Assembly: GCA_049969855.1 (NCBI GenBank)
Contig: JBMFOB010000014.1
Coordinates: 1 to 32,812, forward strand
Length of the DNA: 32,812 bases
DNA from: Candidatus Bathyarchaeia archaeon
GTDB lineage: Archaea; Thermoproteota; Bathyarchaeia; Bathyarchaeales; Bathycorpusculaceae
Direction of reading: 5' to 3'
Every line of letters begins with the position of its first letter. Position 1 is the first letter of the stretch. The notes beneath the pieces were generated by a model. The model searched no databases and was not told where the DNA came from. It saw only the letters and a list, made by a program, of their open reading frames with translations. The position numbers and the translations under genes were made by a program. Of the stretch, positions 8,668-17,457 are shown piece after piece.

Positions 8668-10422
8668 TCATTGTGTAATTTTTGTCTCTGCTTTTTTGCG
8701 TTCTTCTTCTTGAAGAACCCTTCTTAAGACTTTGCCAACCATTGTCATGGGCAATTCTTTGCGGAACTCCACTTCCCTTATTGCCTTGTAAGGCGCCACC
8801 TTCTCATTCACGAAATCCATTATTTCCTTCTCCGTCGCCGTCATCCCTTCCTTCAAAACAACAAAAGCCTTTGGAATCTCACCCGCAACAGGGTCTGGTT
8901 TGCCTATAACTCCGCAAAGTTTCACGGCTGGATGCTCATATAGAACATCTTCCAATTCTCTTGGGTAAACGCTGTAGCCCTTATATTTTATTAGGTCTTT
9001 TTTGCGGTCTGTAATGTAAAAGTAGCCGTCCTCATCCATTTTTCCAATGTCACCAGTGTAAAGCCAACCACCCCTCAAAACTTGAGCTGTTTCTTCAAGC
9101 ATTTTCCAATAACCTTTCATGACTTGTGGTCCTTTTACAACAAGTTCGCCTGTTTCGCCTGGCGCAAGTTCCTTTTCGCCTGTTTCAGCATCCATTATTT
9201 TTGCGTCTGTGTCAGGCCAAGGTATGCCTATTGAGCCAACTTTAACGGTTTTCATTGACTTGTCCAGTGGGTTGCAGTGGGTTACAGGTGAGGATTCTGT
9301 TAAGCCATAACCTTCCACAAGGACGCCGCCGATCACTTCCATGAACTTTTTCTGAATTTCCGGCGGAAGTGGCGCAGAACCAGATATGCAGAAACGCACT
9401 GATGTGCAGTCGTATTTGCCAAGGTCTGGATGGGCTAAAAGCATTGCGTACATTGTTGGTGCTCCACAGAAAACTGTAACCTTATACTTTTGTATGGCTT
9501 GGAAGGTGCTTACGGCGTCAAAGCGTGGAAGTAAAACAATTCTCCCACCTATGTATATGGGGGCGTTCATGCCTGTTGTCATGCCGTAAATGTGAAAGAG
9601 CGGCAACACTGCCAAAAAGGTTTCTTCACCTTCCATCACATCCTTAAGCCAAGCCTTGCACATTATGGCATTTGAAACCAAATTCATATGCGTTAACATA
9701 GCGCCCTTCGATGTTCCAGTGGTTCCACCAGTGTACTGCAGCGCCACCAAATCCTCTCGGGGGTTTATCTCCACCTTCGGCGGGTTTGGAGGATACTTAT
9801 CCACAAGTTCTTTAAAGAAGTAAACGTTAGGTTTGCGTTCAACTTTTTGGGATGGAATCTTTTTCAACAAAGAACCTAAGAAAGCTGTGGCCCCGGGCAT
9901 GTAATCTTTCAAGCTTGCCACAATCACTCTTTGTAGTTTTGTTTTCTGCCAAACTTTCTCCACTATGGGATAGAGCAAGTCTAAAACAACTATAGTTTCG
10001 GCTTCAGAATCGTTAAGTTGATGTTCCACTTCCCGCTCTTTATATAGCGGACTTATGGCTGTTACAATGGCTCCTGTTTTTGTAGCGCCATAATATGCCA
10101 TTATGAATTGAGGAATGTTAGGCAAGAAAATGGCAACTTTATCGCCCTTTTTCACGCCGAAATCTGTGAGGGCTGCTGCGAACTTGTCTGTAAGTGTGTC
10201 CAGTTCCTTATAGGTGATTTTTCTATCAAAATAGATTATTGCTGTTTTGTCGGGATATTTTCCCGCGGTGTCTTTCAGAAATTGGAAGAGTGGAGTTTCG
10301 GGATAATCTATGTGTTTAGGAACGCCTTCAGGCCAAAACTTGTACCATGGTTTTTCGAGCGCTTCCTCCTTCTTTTCAATTTTTTCTTCCTTTAATTTTT
10401 TCTTTCTAGGACACATTACCAA
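8668..10422 (-). CDS. fadD: AMP-forming long-chain acyl-CoA ligase (FadD-like)
   Basis: YTGGTTGTSKG P-loop, LPLFHIYG, EGYGLTE, TGDIG, DRKKD, and the A10 motif LPMTMVGKVLRR. Exact start uncertain. Confidence 0.93.
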   Translation of the reverse strand: MVMCPRKKKLKEEKIEKKEEALEKPWYKFWPEGVPKHIDYPETPLFQFLKDTAGKYPDKTAIIYFDRKITYKELDTLTDKFAAALTDFGVKKGDKVAIFLPNIPQFIMAYYGATKTGAIVTAISPLYKEREVEHQLNDSEAETIVVLDLLYPIVEKVWQKTKLQRVIVASLKDYMPGATAFLGSLLKKIPSQKVERKPNVYFFKELVDKYPPNPPKVEINPREDLVALQYTGGTTGTSKGAMLTHMNLVSNAIMCKAWLKDVMEGEETFLAVLPLFHIYGMTTGMNAPIYIGGRIVLLPRFDAVSTFQAIQKYKVTVFCGAPTMYAMLLAHPDLGKYDCTSVRFCISGSAPLPPEIQKKFMEVIGGVLVEGYGLTESSPVTHCNPLDKSMKTVKVGSIGIPWPDTDAKIMDAETGEKELAPGETGELVVKGPQVMKGYWKMLEETAQVLRGGWLYTGDIGKMDEDGYFYITDRKKDLIKYKGYSVYPRELEDVLYEHPAVKLCGVIGKPDPVAGEIPKAFVVLKEGMTATEKEIMDFVNEKVAPYKAIREVEFRKELPMTMVGKVLRRVLQEEERKKAETKITQ

Positions 10423-10482
10423 CCCTAATCTTAAATATTAGAGATGATGGGGTAATAATACTTTCTACAATGGGGTCAACCT

Positions 10483-11352
10483 TTGAAGACAGAAATGGTT
10501 TGGATTAACTGTGAAAACTTGCGACTTTATGGCGAACTGCACATTCCAGACCATGTTCCAGCACCAGCCTTACTCATCTGCCACGGCATGAACGCCCACG
10601 GCTTTCACACCATCAAAATTTATCAAAAATTAGCAAAAAAGGCATGCGAAAACGGTTTTGTCACGTTGCTCTTCGACTTTAGAGGAGTTGGAAAAAGCCT
10701 TGGAAATTTTGACTATGGCTTTGGCGAACAAAAAGACGTCAAATGTGCCATCAACTATTTAGCCTCAAGGACGGAGGTTATTTCTGACAAGATTTTTGTT
10801 TTAGGTCACAGTTTAGGCGGAGCAGTTTCGCTTTATTCTGTCCAAAATGATAATCGCATTAAAGGGCTTATTTTGTGGTCAACGCCAAACAACCATGATT
10901 ACAATGTTAAAAAATTCATTACCCGCACAAGGGGAAAAAGCGGCTTATATTGGTTCCTGCTTTTCTCTTGGATTGATAAGCTCTTTGACACTTCAAAATT
11001 GTTTAAACTGGAAGTTTTTGGAATAAAGTTACGCCCAAAAAATGTTAGAGAGAAACTCATGAAGCTCAATGAATGTGAGGCTGTAACAAAACTAGGCGCT
11101 ATTCCACTGTTGGTTGTGATAGGTGATGCTGACGTTCTTGTGGGCGTTGAAGAAGCCCGCCAAGTTTTCGAGTTGGCAAAAGAGCCAAAAACTTTCTTGA
11201 TAATTGATGGCGGTGACCACATTTATGGTGGAAAAGAAGAGACGGTTATAACTGAAACTTTGAATTGGATAAAAAGTGGAAATAAAATTGCTATGGCGGA
11301 ACAAACTCGTATGTGGCGTAGCCTTCAGGTGAAATCTTTGCCACAAGCTTAA
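10483..11352 (+). CDS. Alpha/beta-fold serine hydrolase (esterase/lipase-like); the natural end is probably near 11285
   Basis: CHG oxyanion motif, FDFRGVGKS, nucleophile GHSLG, Asp in GDADVLV and His in GGDH. Confidence 0.88.
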   Translation: MKTEMVWINCENLRLYGELHIPDHVPAPALLICHGMNAHGFHTIKIYQKLAKKACENGFVTLLFDFRGVGKSLGNFDYGFGEQKDVKCAINYLASRTEVISDKIFVLGHSLGGAVSLYSVQNDNRIKGLILWSTPNNHDYNVKKFITRTRGKSGLYWFLLFSWIDKLFDTSKLFKLEVFGIKLRPKNVREKLMKLNECEAVTKLGAIPLLVVIGDADVLVGVEEARQVFELAKEPKTFLIIDGGDHIYGGKEETVITETLNWIKSGNKIAMAEQTRMWRSLQVKSLPQA

Positions 11353-11728
11353 CTTTCATTCCAACGCTAATTTGTGACAATTTAAAGCCTGTCAGCCACG
11401 CTAGAACTCGCACGCCTTCTTTAAGTTTGCCAATTGCCACAGTGTAAGGCTTATATTGCTGAAACGTTGTGGGTCTGACAACAACATGCGTGAAAGTTTC
11501 AATTTCTGCTTCGCTGCTTAGTTCAATCCAATCCATTTCCGAAGATAAACATTCTGGGCAGTCAGCCGATGGTGGAAAGTACACTTTTCCACATTTTTTG
11601 CATTTTGTTGCGTAAACTTTCCCTTCTTTCAAGCCTTCCCAAAACTTTAACGTCTTGCTTATTGGTATTTCCTGAACGATTTTTATTTCTCTGGATTTTA
11701 TTGTTGGCATACTTGACATATCCATCAT
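11291..11728 (-). CDS. DUF35 zinc-ribbon/OB-fold acyl-CoA-binding protein (thiolase partner)
   Basis: FWEGLKEGK..CKKCGKVYFPP..CPEC followed by an OB fold; start overlaps the thiolase stop. Confidence 0.92.
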   Translation of the reverse strand: MMDMSSMPTIKSREIKIVQEIPISKTLKFWEGLKEGKVYATKCKKCGKVYFPPSADCPECLSSEMDWIELSSEAEIETFTHVVVRPTTFQQYKPYTVAIGKLKEGVRVLAWLTGFKLSQISVGMKVKLVAKISPEGYATYEFVPP

Positions 11729-12897
11729 CTCCTCAATATGGTAACATAACAGTAATGCCCAGTTCCGCCCACGTTATGAGCTAAGCCTATGTAATTTTTC
11801 AGCGGAACTTGCCTTCCTCTTTCCACAGCTTCTTCACGAAGTTGTTTTGTAACTTCGTAAATCATGGAGCAACCAGTCGTGCCAATGGGATGCCCCTTAG
11901 CTTTTAAGCCGCCATCAATGTTCACTGGAATTTTTCCGCCAATTTCCGTCTGTCCCTCACGGATGAGTTTTGCGCCTTCACCTTTGCTGCAAAATCCCAA
12001 ATCCTCGTAAGCCATTATCTCTGCTATTGTAAAACAGTCGTGAACATCTGCGAAGTCAACTTGCTCTGGAGTGATTCCAGCCATTTTATATGCCATTTTG
12101 GCTGCGTGCACGCTGGCTTCTAAACCCACATAATCCAATCTTTTGCTCAGATTTGCCGTTCCAGAGGAATAGCCGATTCCCGCAACCCAAACTGGAGTGT
12201 CTATGCCTAACTCTTTGACTTTTTCTTCTGAAGCCAAAATTACAGCTGCGGAACCATCTGTCATTGGGCAACAGTCAAAAAGTTTCAATGGTGAGGCTAT
12301 AACCATTGAAGATAAAACATCGTCAACTGTTATTCTGTTCTGAAGGTGCGCTAAGGGATTCATGGAGCCATACTTATGATTTTTCACAGCCACCAAAGCC
12401 AAATCTTCCTCAGTAGTTCCAAACTTTGCCATATGAGCAGTGGCATGCAAAGCATAATAGGCTGGAAAAGTTGGTCCGAAATTGTGAAATTCCCATAGGT
12501 AATATCCTGCTCTCCCAATCCATTCCATAGCAGTTGGAGTGTCAATTTCCCTCATTTTCTCAACGCCTAAAGCCATGGCAATTTCTGCTTGCCCACTTGC
12601 AATTGTGGAGTAAGCTGCTTGAAAGGCTGCGCTACTGCTTGCACATGCTGCCTCACATCGAACCAAACCCGCCTTTGTGAGACCGCAATATTCAGCCGCT
12701 ACAACCGCTGGAAGCAGCTCTTCATACCAAGCTCCAGCCCCTGTGGTTCCTACAGCCACGAATTCCACATCTTTTGCGGTTATTCCAGCATCCTCCAGCG
12801 AAGGCTTCACAGCCTCAAAAGCTAATTCTGACACGTTCACGTCGCTTCTGTTTCCGAATTTAGAGTTGCCAACTCCTATTACAGCTACTTTTCTCAT
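11725..12897 (-). CDS. Archaeal/SCP2-type acyl-CoA thiolase (start ATG 12897)
   Basis: EAACASS (catalytic Cys), GVEKM, HDCF, GHPIGTTG and HNVGG. Confidence 0.93.
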   Translation of the reverse strand: MRKVAVIGVGNSKFGNRSDVNVSELAFEAVKPSLEDAGITAKDVEFVAVGTTGAGAWYEELLPAVVAAEYCGLTKAGLVRCEAACASSSAAFQAAYSTIASGQAEIAMALGVEKMREIDTPTAMEWIGRAGYYLWEFHNFGPTFPAYYALHATAHMAKFGTTEEDLALVAVKNHKYGSMNPLAHLQNRITVDDVLSSMVIASPLKLFDCCPMTDGSAAVILASEEKVKELGIDTPVWVAGIGYSSGTANLSKRLDYVGLEASVHAAKMAYKMAGITPEQVDFADVHDCFTIAEIMAYEDLGFCSKGEGAKLIREGQTEIGGKIPVNIDGGLKAKGHPIGTTGCSMIYEVTKQLREEAVERGRQVPLKNYIGLAHNVGGTGHYCYVTILRR

Positions 12898-12962
12898 TTC
12901 AATCCCTTTCTTAGTGTGTTTAAACATAGAAAAGAGGGTTGTGTTTAGAAAAGACGGTAGGG

Positions 12963-13751
12963 TTACTTGCCTTTAAACTCGGCTTTTCTACGGGACATGA
13001 AGGCTTCTACGCCCTCTTTCAAGTCTTCTGTGGAGAATGCTAGTCCCATCAGCCCAGACTCAAGTCTTAATCCGACTTCTAATGGCACTTGTGTTCCAAA
13101 GTTTAGGGCATGCTTTGCATATTTCATGGCTATCGGCGGACCTTCAGCAAGCTTGGTTGCCAGTGTTCGCGCTTCTTCTCTGAGCTTTTCGTAGTGCACA
13201 ACTTTATGGACAAGCCCTATCCTTAAGGCTTCTTCAGCTTTCACTCTGCCTCCAAGCATAACCATCTCCTTCGCCCTTGCCAAACCTACAATGCGCACAA
13301 GCCTTTGAGTTCCGCCCCATCCGGGAATCAAACCTAAGCCTATCTCTGGGCTTCCAAGCTCTGCATGTTCAGCTGCTATCCTAAAGTCGCATGCTAGGGC
13401 TAGCTCTAAGCCGCCTCCGAGGGCGAATCCGTTTATTGCAGCTATGACTGGTTTGGACATTTCTTCTATTTTGCCGAAAACTTTCTGTCCAGACCTTGAG
13501 AATTCCTCAGCCTTTGTTGGTGTAGCCTTTGGAAACATTGTCACGTCTGCGCCGGCGCTGAAGGCTCTGTCGCCTTCACCAGTTATTATTAAACATCTTA
13601 TTGATGGGTCTTTTTCAGCCATGTCTAAGGCGTCTGCAAGTTCTTCCATTAGAACATCGTTAAAGGCGTTTAATCTATGGGCTCTGTTTAGTATTATCCA
13701 CAATAGACTTTGTTCTCTTTCAATTTTTATTGTTTCATACGCTTTACTCAA
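12963..13751 (-). CDS. Enoyl-CoA hydratase (crotonase)
   Basis: AFSAGADV, GGGLELALACD and PEIGLGLIPGWGG, with both catalytic Glu present. Confidence 0.94.
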   Translation of the reverse strand: MSKAYETIKIEREQSLLWIILNRAHRLNAFNDVLMEELADALDMAEKDPSIRCLIITGEGDRAFSAGADVTMFPKATPTKAEEFSRSGQKVFGKIEEMSKPVIAAINGFALGGGLELALACDFRIAAEHAELGSPEIGLGLIPGWGGTQRLVRIVGLARAKEMVMLGGRVKAEEALRIGLVHKVVHYEKLREEARTLATKLAEGPPIAMKYAKHALNFGTQVPLEVGLRLESGLMGLAFSTEDLKEGVEAFMSRRKAEFKGK

Positions 13752-13783
13752 AGTTTTTCACCACACCATCCTTTGCAACTGCA

Positions 13784-13796
13784 CATATAATATTTT
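13784..13796 (-). promoter_or_regulatory. Putative BRE/TATA of an internal promoter for crotonase-thiolase-DUF35
   Basis: Minus-strand AAAATATTATATG about 35 nt upstream of the TTG start; GGTG RBS-like motif also present. Confidence 0.45.
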
Positions 13797-13807
13797 AGTT
13801 CACTTCC

Positions 13808-14962
13808 TTAATACTTTCTCAACAAATACTTTAGAACTGTCAGCTTCTGGATTTCGCTTGTTCCCTCGTAAATTTCAGTTATCTTTGCATCCCTATGATA
13901 CCTTTCAACCCGGTAATCGCCTAAATAACCATATCCACCAAGCGTTTGAATTGCAAAGTCCGTAACTTCCATGGCTACGCGACCAGCATAGTGTTTTGCC
14001 ATGGCTGTTGCCATTGGGTCTAATTTTCCAACATCCGCAAGCCAAGCTGCTCTGTAAGTGAGCCATCTCGCAGCCTCAATTTTTGTCATGGCTTCAGCTA
14101 ATCCGCAGCCTATTAGTTCGTGTTGGAGTATGGGCTGTCCGAAGGCTTCCCTTTGTTTGGAGTATTTGAAGGCTATTTCCCATGCTCCTTGTGCCATGCC
14201 AACTGCTTGGGCTGCCACACCCACGCGGGTTTTGTCGAAGAACTCCATGGAGCTGTAGAAGCCTCTGTTTAGTTCGCCGACAATGTTCCAGTCTGTCACT
14301 TTGACATTGTTGAAAACGACTTCTCCTGTTACTGAACATCTTATTCCCATTTTGTTATGAAGTTTTGTTGTTTCAAGTCCAGGCGTGCCTTTTTCTACAA
14401 CAAAGAGGGTTTCGCCTCTGTAGGTTGGTCTAACTTTCGTGTCTGTCTGCGTTAGAACAACTATGAAGTCGGCGAGAGTGGCGTTTGTTATGAAGGTTTT
14501 TGTGCCATTTATCCACCACTCGTTTCCATATTTTGTGGCCGTCGTCTCCATACGTGTTATGTCGCTTCCGCTAACGTTTGGCTCAGTAAAAGCTGCGGCT
14601 GACATTGTTTCACCTTTGCATATGGATGGAAGATACTTTTCCTTCTGCTCTTTTGACCCATAAGCCAAGAGAAGTTCGCTTCCAAAGTTTCCGCTGGAAA
14701 CAGCAACGCCAAGCGAAGAATCAGCCCTACACATTTCTTCAATAACCAAGCATGTCTCCAGCAAACCGCATCCTTGTCCGCCGTACTCCTGTGGGAAAAA
14801 CATGCTTGTGAAACCAAGCTTTGCAGCTTTCCTATAAAGCTCCAGTGGAAACTCCTCTTTCTTATCCAGTTCCAAGGCAAGTTCTGGCTTAAACTCTTTA
14901 TCGCAGAACTCTTTGACGGCGTTTTTTATTGCCAACTGCTCTTCTGTCAACTCAAACTTCAT
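13808..14962 (-). CDS. Acyl-CoA dehydrogenase, paralog 2 (start ATG 14962)
   Basis: FTEPNVSGSD, NGTKTFITN, GGYGY and IYEGTSEIQK (catalytic Glu). The ATG overlaps the upstream TGA (TGATG). Confidence 0.95.
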   Translation of the reverse strand: MKFELTEEQLAIKNAVKEFCDKEFKPELALELDKKEEFPLELYRKAAKLGFTSMFFPQEYGGQGCGLLETCLVIEEMCRADSSLGVAVSSGNFGSELLLAYGSKEQKEKYLPSICKGETMSAAAFTEPNVSGSDITRMETTATKYGNEWWINGTKTFITNATLADFIVVLTQTDTKVRPTYRGETLFVVEKGTPGLETTKLHNKMGIRCSVTGEVVFNNVKVTDWNIVGELNRGFYSSMEFFDKTRVGVAAQAVGMAQGAWEIAFKYSKQREAFGQPILQHELIGCGLAEAMTKIEAARWLTYRAAWLADVGKLDPMATAMAKHYAGRVAMEVTDFAIQTLGGYGYLGDYRVERYHRDAKITEIYEGTSEIQKLTVLKYLLRKY

Positions 14963-16149
14963 CAGTAGAACCCCCTTCCAGCTTTTTTGCCAGTCCACCC
15001 TTTGCTGACGTATTCTTCCAAAAGGGGACATGGCTTATAAAGTTCCATATTATATTTTGCGTACAATTCCTTAAGCCTATTAAGCACAGTGTCCAAGCCA
15101 GTTCTGTCCGCATACTCGCAAGGTCCAGAAGGCCAATAGGTTCCCAACTTCATTCCAGTGTCAATGTCTGCCGGATTTGCAGCATCATCATGGATAAGCC
15201 AAGCTGCTTCATTAATAGCTACAGCCCATGACCTTTCAACGTCATATTCCTCAAGCAAGTTAAACGGTATCCTTGGTCTTCCCTTAGTCCAATCATAGAA
15301 GCCTACGCCTGTTTTTTGTCCAAGTTTGCCTCCTTTCACTAAGGGTTCTATCACTTCTGCGCAGGGTTTCATTCTTTCTCCATAAGCCTCATACAAGATT
15401 TTGCCAACTTCGTAAGCTATGTCTAAGCCGACGAAATCTGCCAGTTCAAACCAGCCCATTGGAAAGCCGCCGCTGTATTTTACGGATGCGTCTATTCCCT
15501 CTTTTGTGGTTTCTCCTCTGTGGTAAGCCCAGAAAGCCTCGTTGAAAACTGCTCCCAATATTCTGTTCACTATAAAGCCCCTTACGTCTTTTCGCACTAC
15601 TATTGGCGTTTTTCCAAGTTTTTTGGCAAGCTCCGCAAGCATGTTTATGGTTTCTTGGCTTGTGCTTTCGCCTTTTATAACTTCAACCAAAGCCATCAGC
15701 TGGGGTGGGTTGAAGAAGTGCATTCCAGCCACTTTGTCTGGGCGTTTTGTTGCTTTTCCCATTTCTGTTATGCTTAATGTTGAAGTGTTTGATGCAAATA
15801 TGGCATGAGAAGGAGCCAACTGGTCGAGGGTGGCGAAAACCTTCTTTTTTATTTCAATGCTTTCCAAAACTGCTTCTATTGCTAGGTCTATGTCTTTTGC
15901 TGCTTGCTCATAACTTGTTGTCGTAGTTATCCGCGCTAAAGTGGCTGCCGCATCCTCCGCCCTTATTCGCTTCTTCTCCACAAATTTGTCGAGGCTCCAT
16001 TTAATTTTCTCCTTCCCCTTTTGAAGTAGTTCGTCGCTTATGTCCACCATTGCAACTTCATAGCCAGCCATTGCCAAAAGTTGAGCTATTCCATGACCCA
16101 TTGCTCCAGAACCTATAACTGCCGCTTTTTTCAAATTTCCAATTGCCAC
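14962..16149 (-). CDS. 3-hydroxyacyl-CoA dehydrogenase with a duplicated C-terminal domain
   Basis: GSGAMGHG NAD-binding motif, ASNTS, GMHFFNP, GFIVNRI, and two C-terminal repeats ending GQKTGVGFY and GKKAGRGFY. Confidence 0.95.
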   Translation of the reverse strand: MAIGNLKKAAVIGSGAMGHGIAQLLAMAGYEVAMVDISDELLQKGKEKIKWSLDKFVEKKRIRAEDAAATLARITTTTSYEQAAKDIDLAIEAVLESIEIKKKVFATLDQLAPSHAIFASNTSTLSITEMGKATKRPDKVAGMHFFNPPQLMALVEVIKGESTSQETINMLAELAKKLGKTPIVVRKDVRGFIVNRILGAVFNEAFWAYHRGETTKEGIDASVKYSGGFPMGWFELADFVGLDIAYEVGKILYEAYGERMKPCAEVIEPLVKGGKLGQKTGVGFYDWTKGRPRIPFNLLEEYDVERSWAVAINEAAWLIHDDAANPADIDTGMKLGTYWPSGPCEYADRTGLDTVLNRLKELYAKYNMELYKPCPLLEEYVSKGWTGKKAGRGFY

Positions 16150-16191
16150 AATTTTTCCTCCTTTTAATGCATAATGTTGAATGTTGGCAAA

Positions 16192-16236
16192 GGTAATAAA
16201 ATTTTTGAGGGAACTAAAGCCAATATTCCCTTAAAA
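16192..16236 (-). promoter_or_regulatory. Putative TATA/BRE with an adjacent inverted repeat upstream of the 3-hydroxyacyl-CoA dehydrogenase gene
   Basis: Minus-strand AAAAATTTTATTA; inverted repeat TTTTGAGGGAA-N12-TTCCCTTAAAA (10 of 11 paired); GGAGG RBS before the GTG. Confidence 0.5.
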
Positions 16237-16273
16237 TTATCTGATTTCGGAAAAAATAGAAAAAAGAAGAATA

Positions 16274-17428
16274 TTATGCTTGTTTTTGCAAGAAATTAAT
16301 TATTGTTAATTTCTGAATTTCACTTGTTCCTTCGTAGATTTCCGTGATTTTCGCACAGCGATGGAACCGTTCCACATGATAGTCTGCTAAATAGCCATAT
16401 CCTCCAAATATTTGAATGGCATCGTCCGTAACTTCCATGGCTACACGGCTAGCGTAAGCTTTCGCCATAGAAGTCGCCATTGCGTTTGGCTTCTCTTTGT
16501 CGTATAACCATGCTGCCTTATACGTCATTAAGCGGGCTGATTCTATTTTCATGGCCATTTCAGCAAGTTTGAAGGATACTCCTTGAAAGTTTATTATTGG
16601 TTGTCCAAACTGTTTGCGAGTTTTAGCATAGTTTAAGGCTTTTTCGAAGGCACCTTGAGCCATACCTACCGCTTGGGCTGCAACAGTTATGCGGGTTCCG
16701 TCAAAAAGTTCCAGTGTATAATAGAAGCCCTTGTTTAACTCGCCAACCAAGTTTGTTTCAGGCACTTTCAAATCGCTTAGGGAAAGCGAACCTGTCACGC
16801 AAGGTTTTATGCCCATCTTTCCATGAAGTTTTGTGGCTTCTAAACCCGGCATGCCCTTTTCGGCTAAGAATAAGCTTTGTCCGCGATGAGATGGTGTTGC
16901 GTTTGGGTCTGTTTGGCATAATATTATGAAAGTGTCTGCTATCGGAGCGTTTGTAATGAATTCTTTAGCGCCGTTGATAACCCATTCGTTTTCCTTTTTA
17001 ACGGCTGTTGTATCCATTCGTGTTATGTCGCTTCCATGCTCTGGCTCTGTGAAAGCGGCAGCGGCAATTTTCTCACCTTTCGCAAGAGGCGGAATATACT
17101 TTTCTTTTTGCTCTTCACTTCCATGCCTAAGAAGCACATCTGGCACCATTAGGTTTCCAAGCGATATAGCCACTCCTAAACCTGGGTCAACCCGGCACAT
17201 TTCTTCAACAGCTATGCAGTCTTCTAGGACGCCGTAGCCTTGTCCACCATATTCGGTTGGTATTCTCATGCTTGTAAATCCAAGTTGGGCTGCCTTTTTG
17301 TAAAGAGCCATCGGAAAATCTTCTTTTTGGTCGTATTCTAGGGCGAGTTCTGGCGTGAACTCTTTTTCGCAGAATTCGCGTACAGCACGCTTTATTTCTT
17401 GTTGCTCTTCATTCAGTTTAAACTCCAT
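16274..17428 (-). CDS. Acyl-CoA dehydrogenase, paralog 1
   Basis: FTEPEHGSD, NGAKEFITN, RKQFG, GGYGY and IYEGTSEIQK. Confidence 0.95.
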   Translation of the reverse strand: MEFKLNEEQQEIKRAVREFCEKEFTPELALEYDQKEDFPMALYKKAAQLGFTSMRIPTEYGGQGYGVLEDCIAVEEMCRVDPGLGVAISLGNLMVPDVLLRHGSEEQKEKYIPPLAKGEKIAAAAFTEPEHGSDITRMDTTAVKKENEWVINGAKEFITNAPIADTFIILCQTDPNATPSHRGQSLFLAEKGMPGLEATKLHGKMGIKPCVTGSLSLSDLKVPETNLVGELNKGFYYTLELFDGTRITVAAQAVGMAQGAFEKALNYAKTRKQFGQPIINFQGVSFKLAEMAMKIESARLMTYKAAWLYDKEKPNAMATSMAKAYASRVAMEVTDDAIQIFGGYGYLADYHVERFHRCAKITEIYEGTSEIQKLTIINFLQKQA

Positions 17429-17457
17429 TTTCGGTTTTCCCCTTTAAGGTTTAGAGT

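Noticed and set aside
14963-15031. Upstream extension of ACAD paralog 2, and similar extensions of the thiolase, sudA and sudB
   Set aside because: The ACAD, sudA and sudB extensions overlap upstream genes. In all four cases the shorter start has an RBS or stop-start coupling and matches the family N-terminus.
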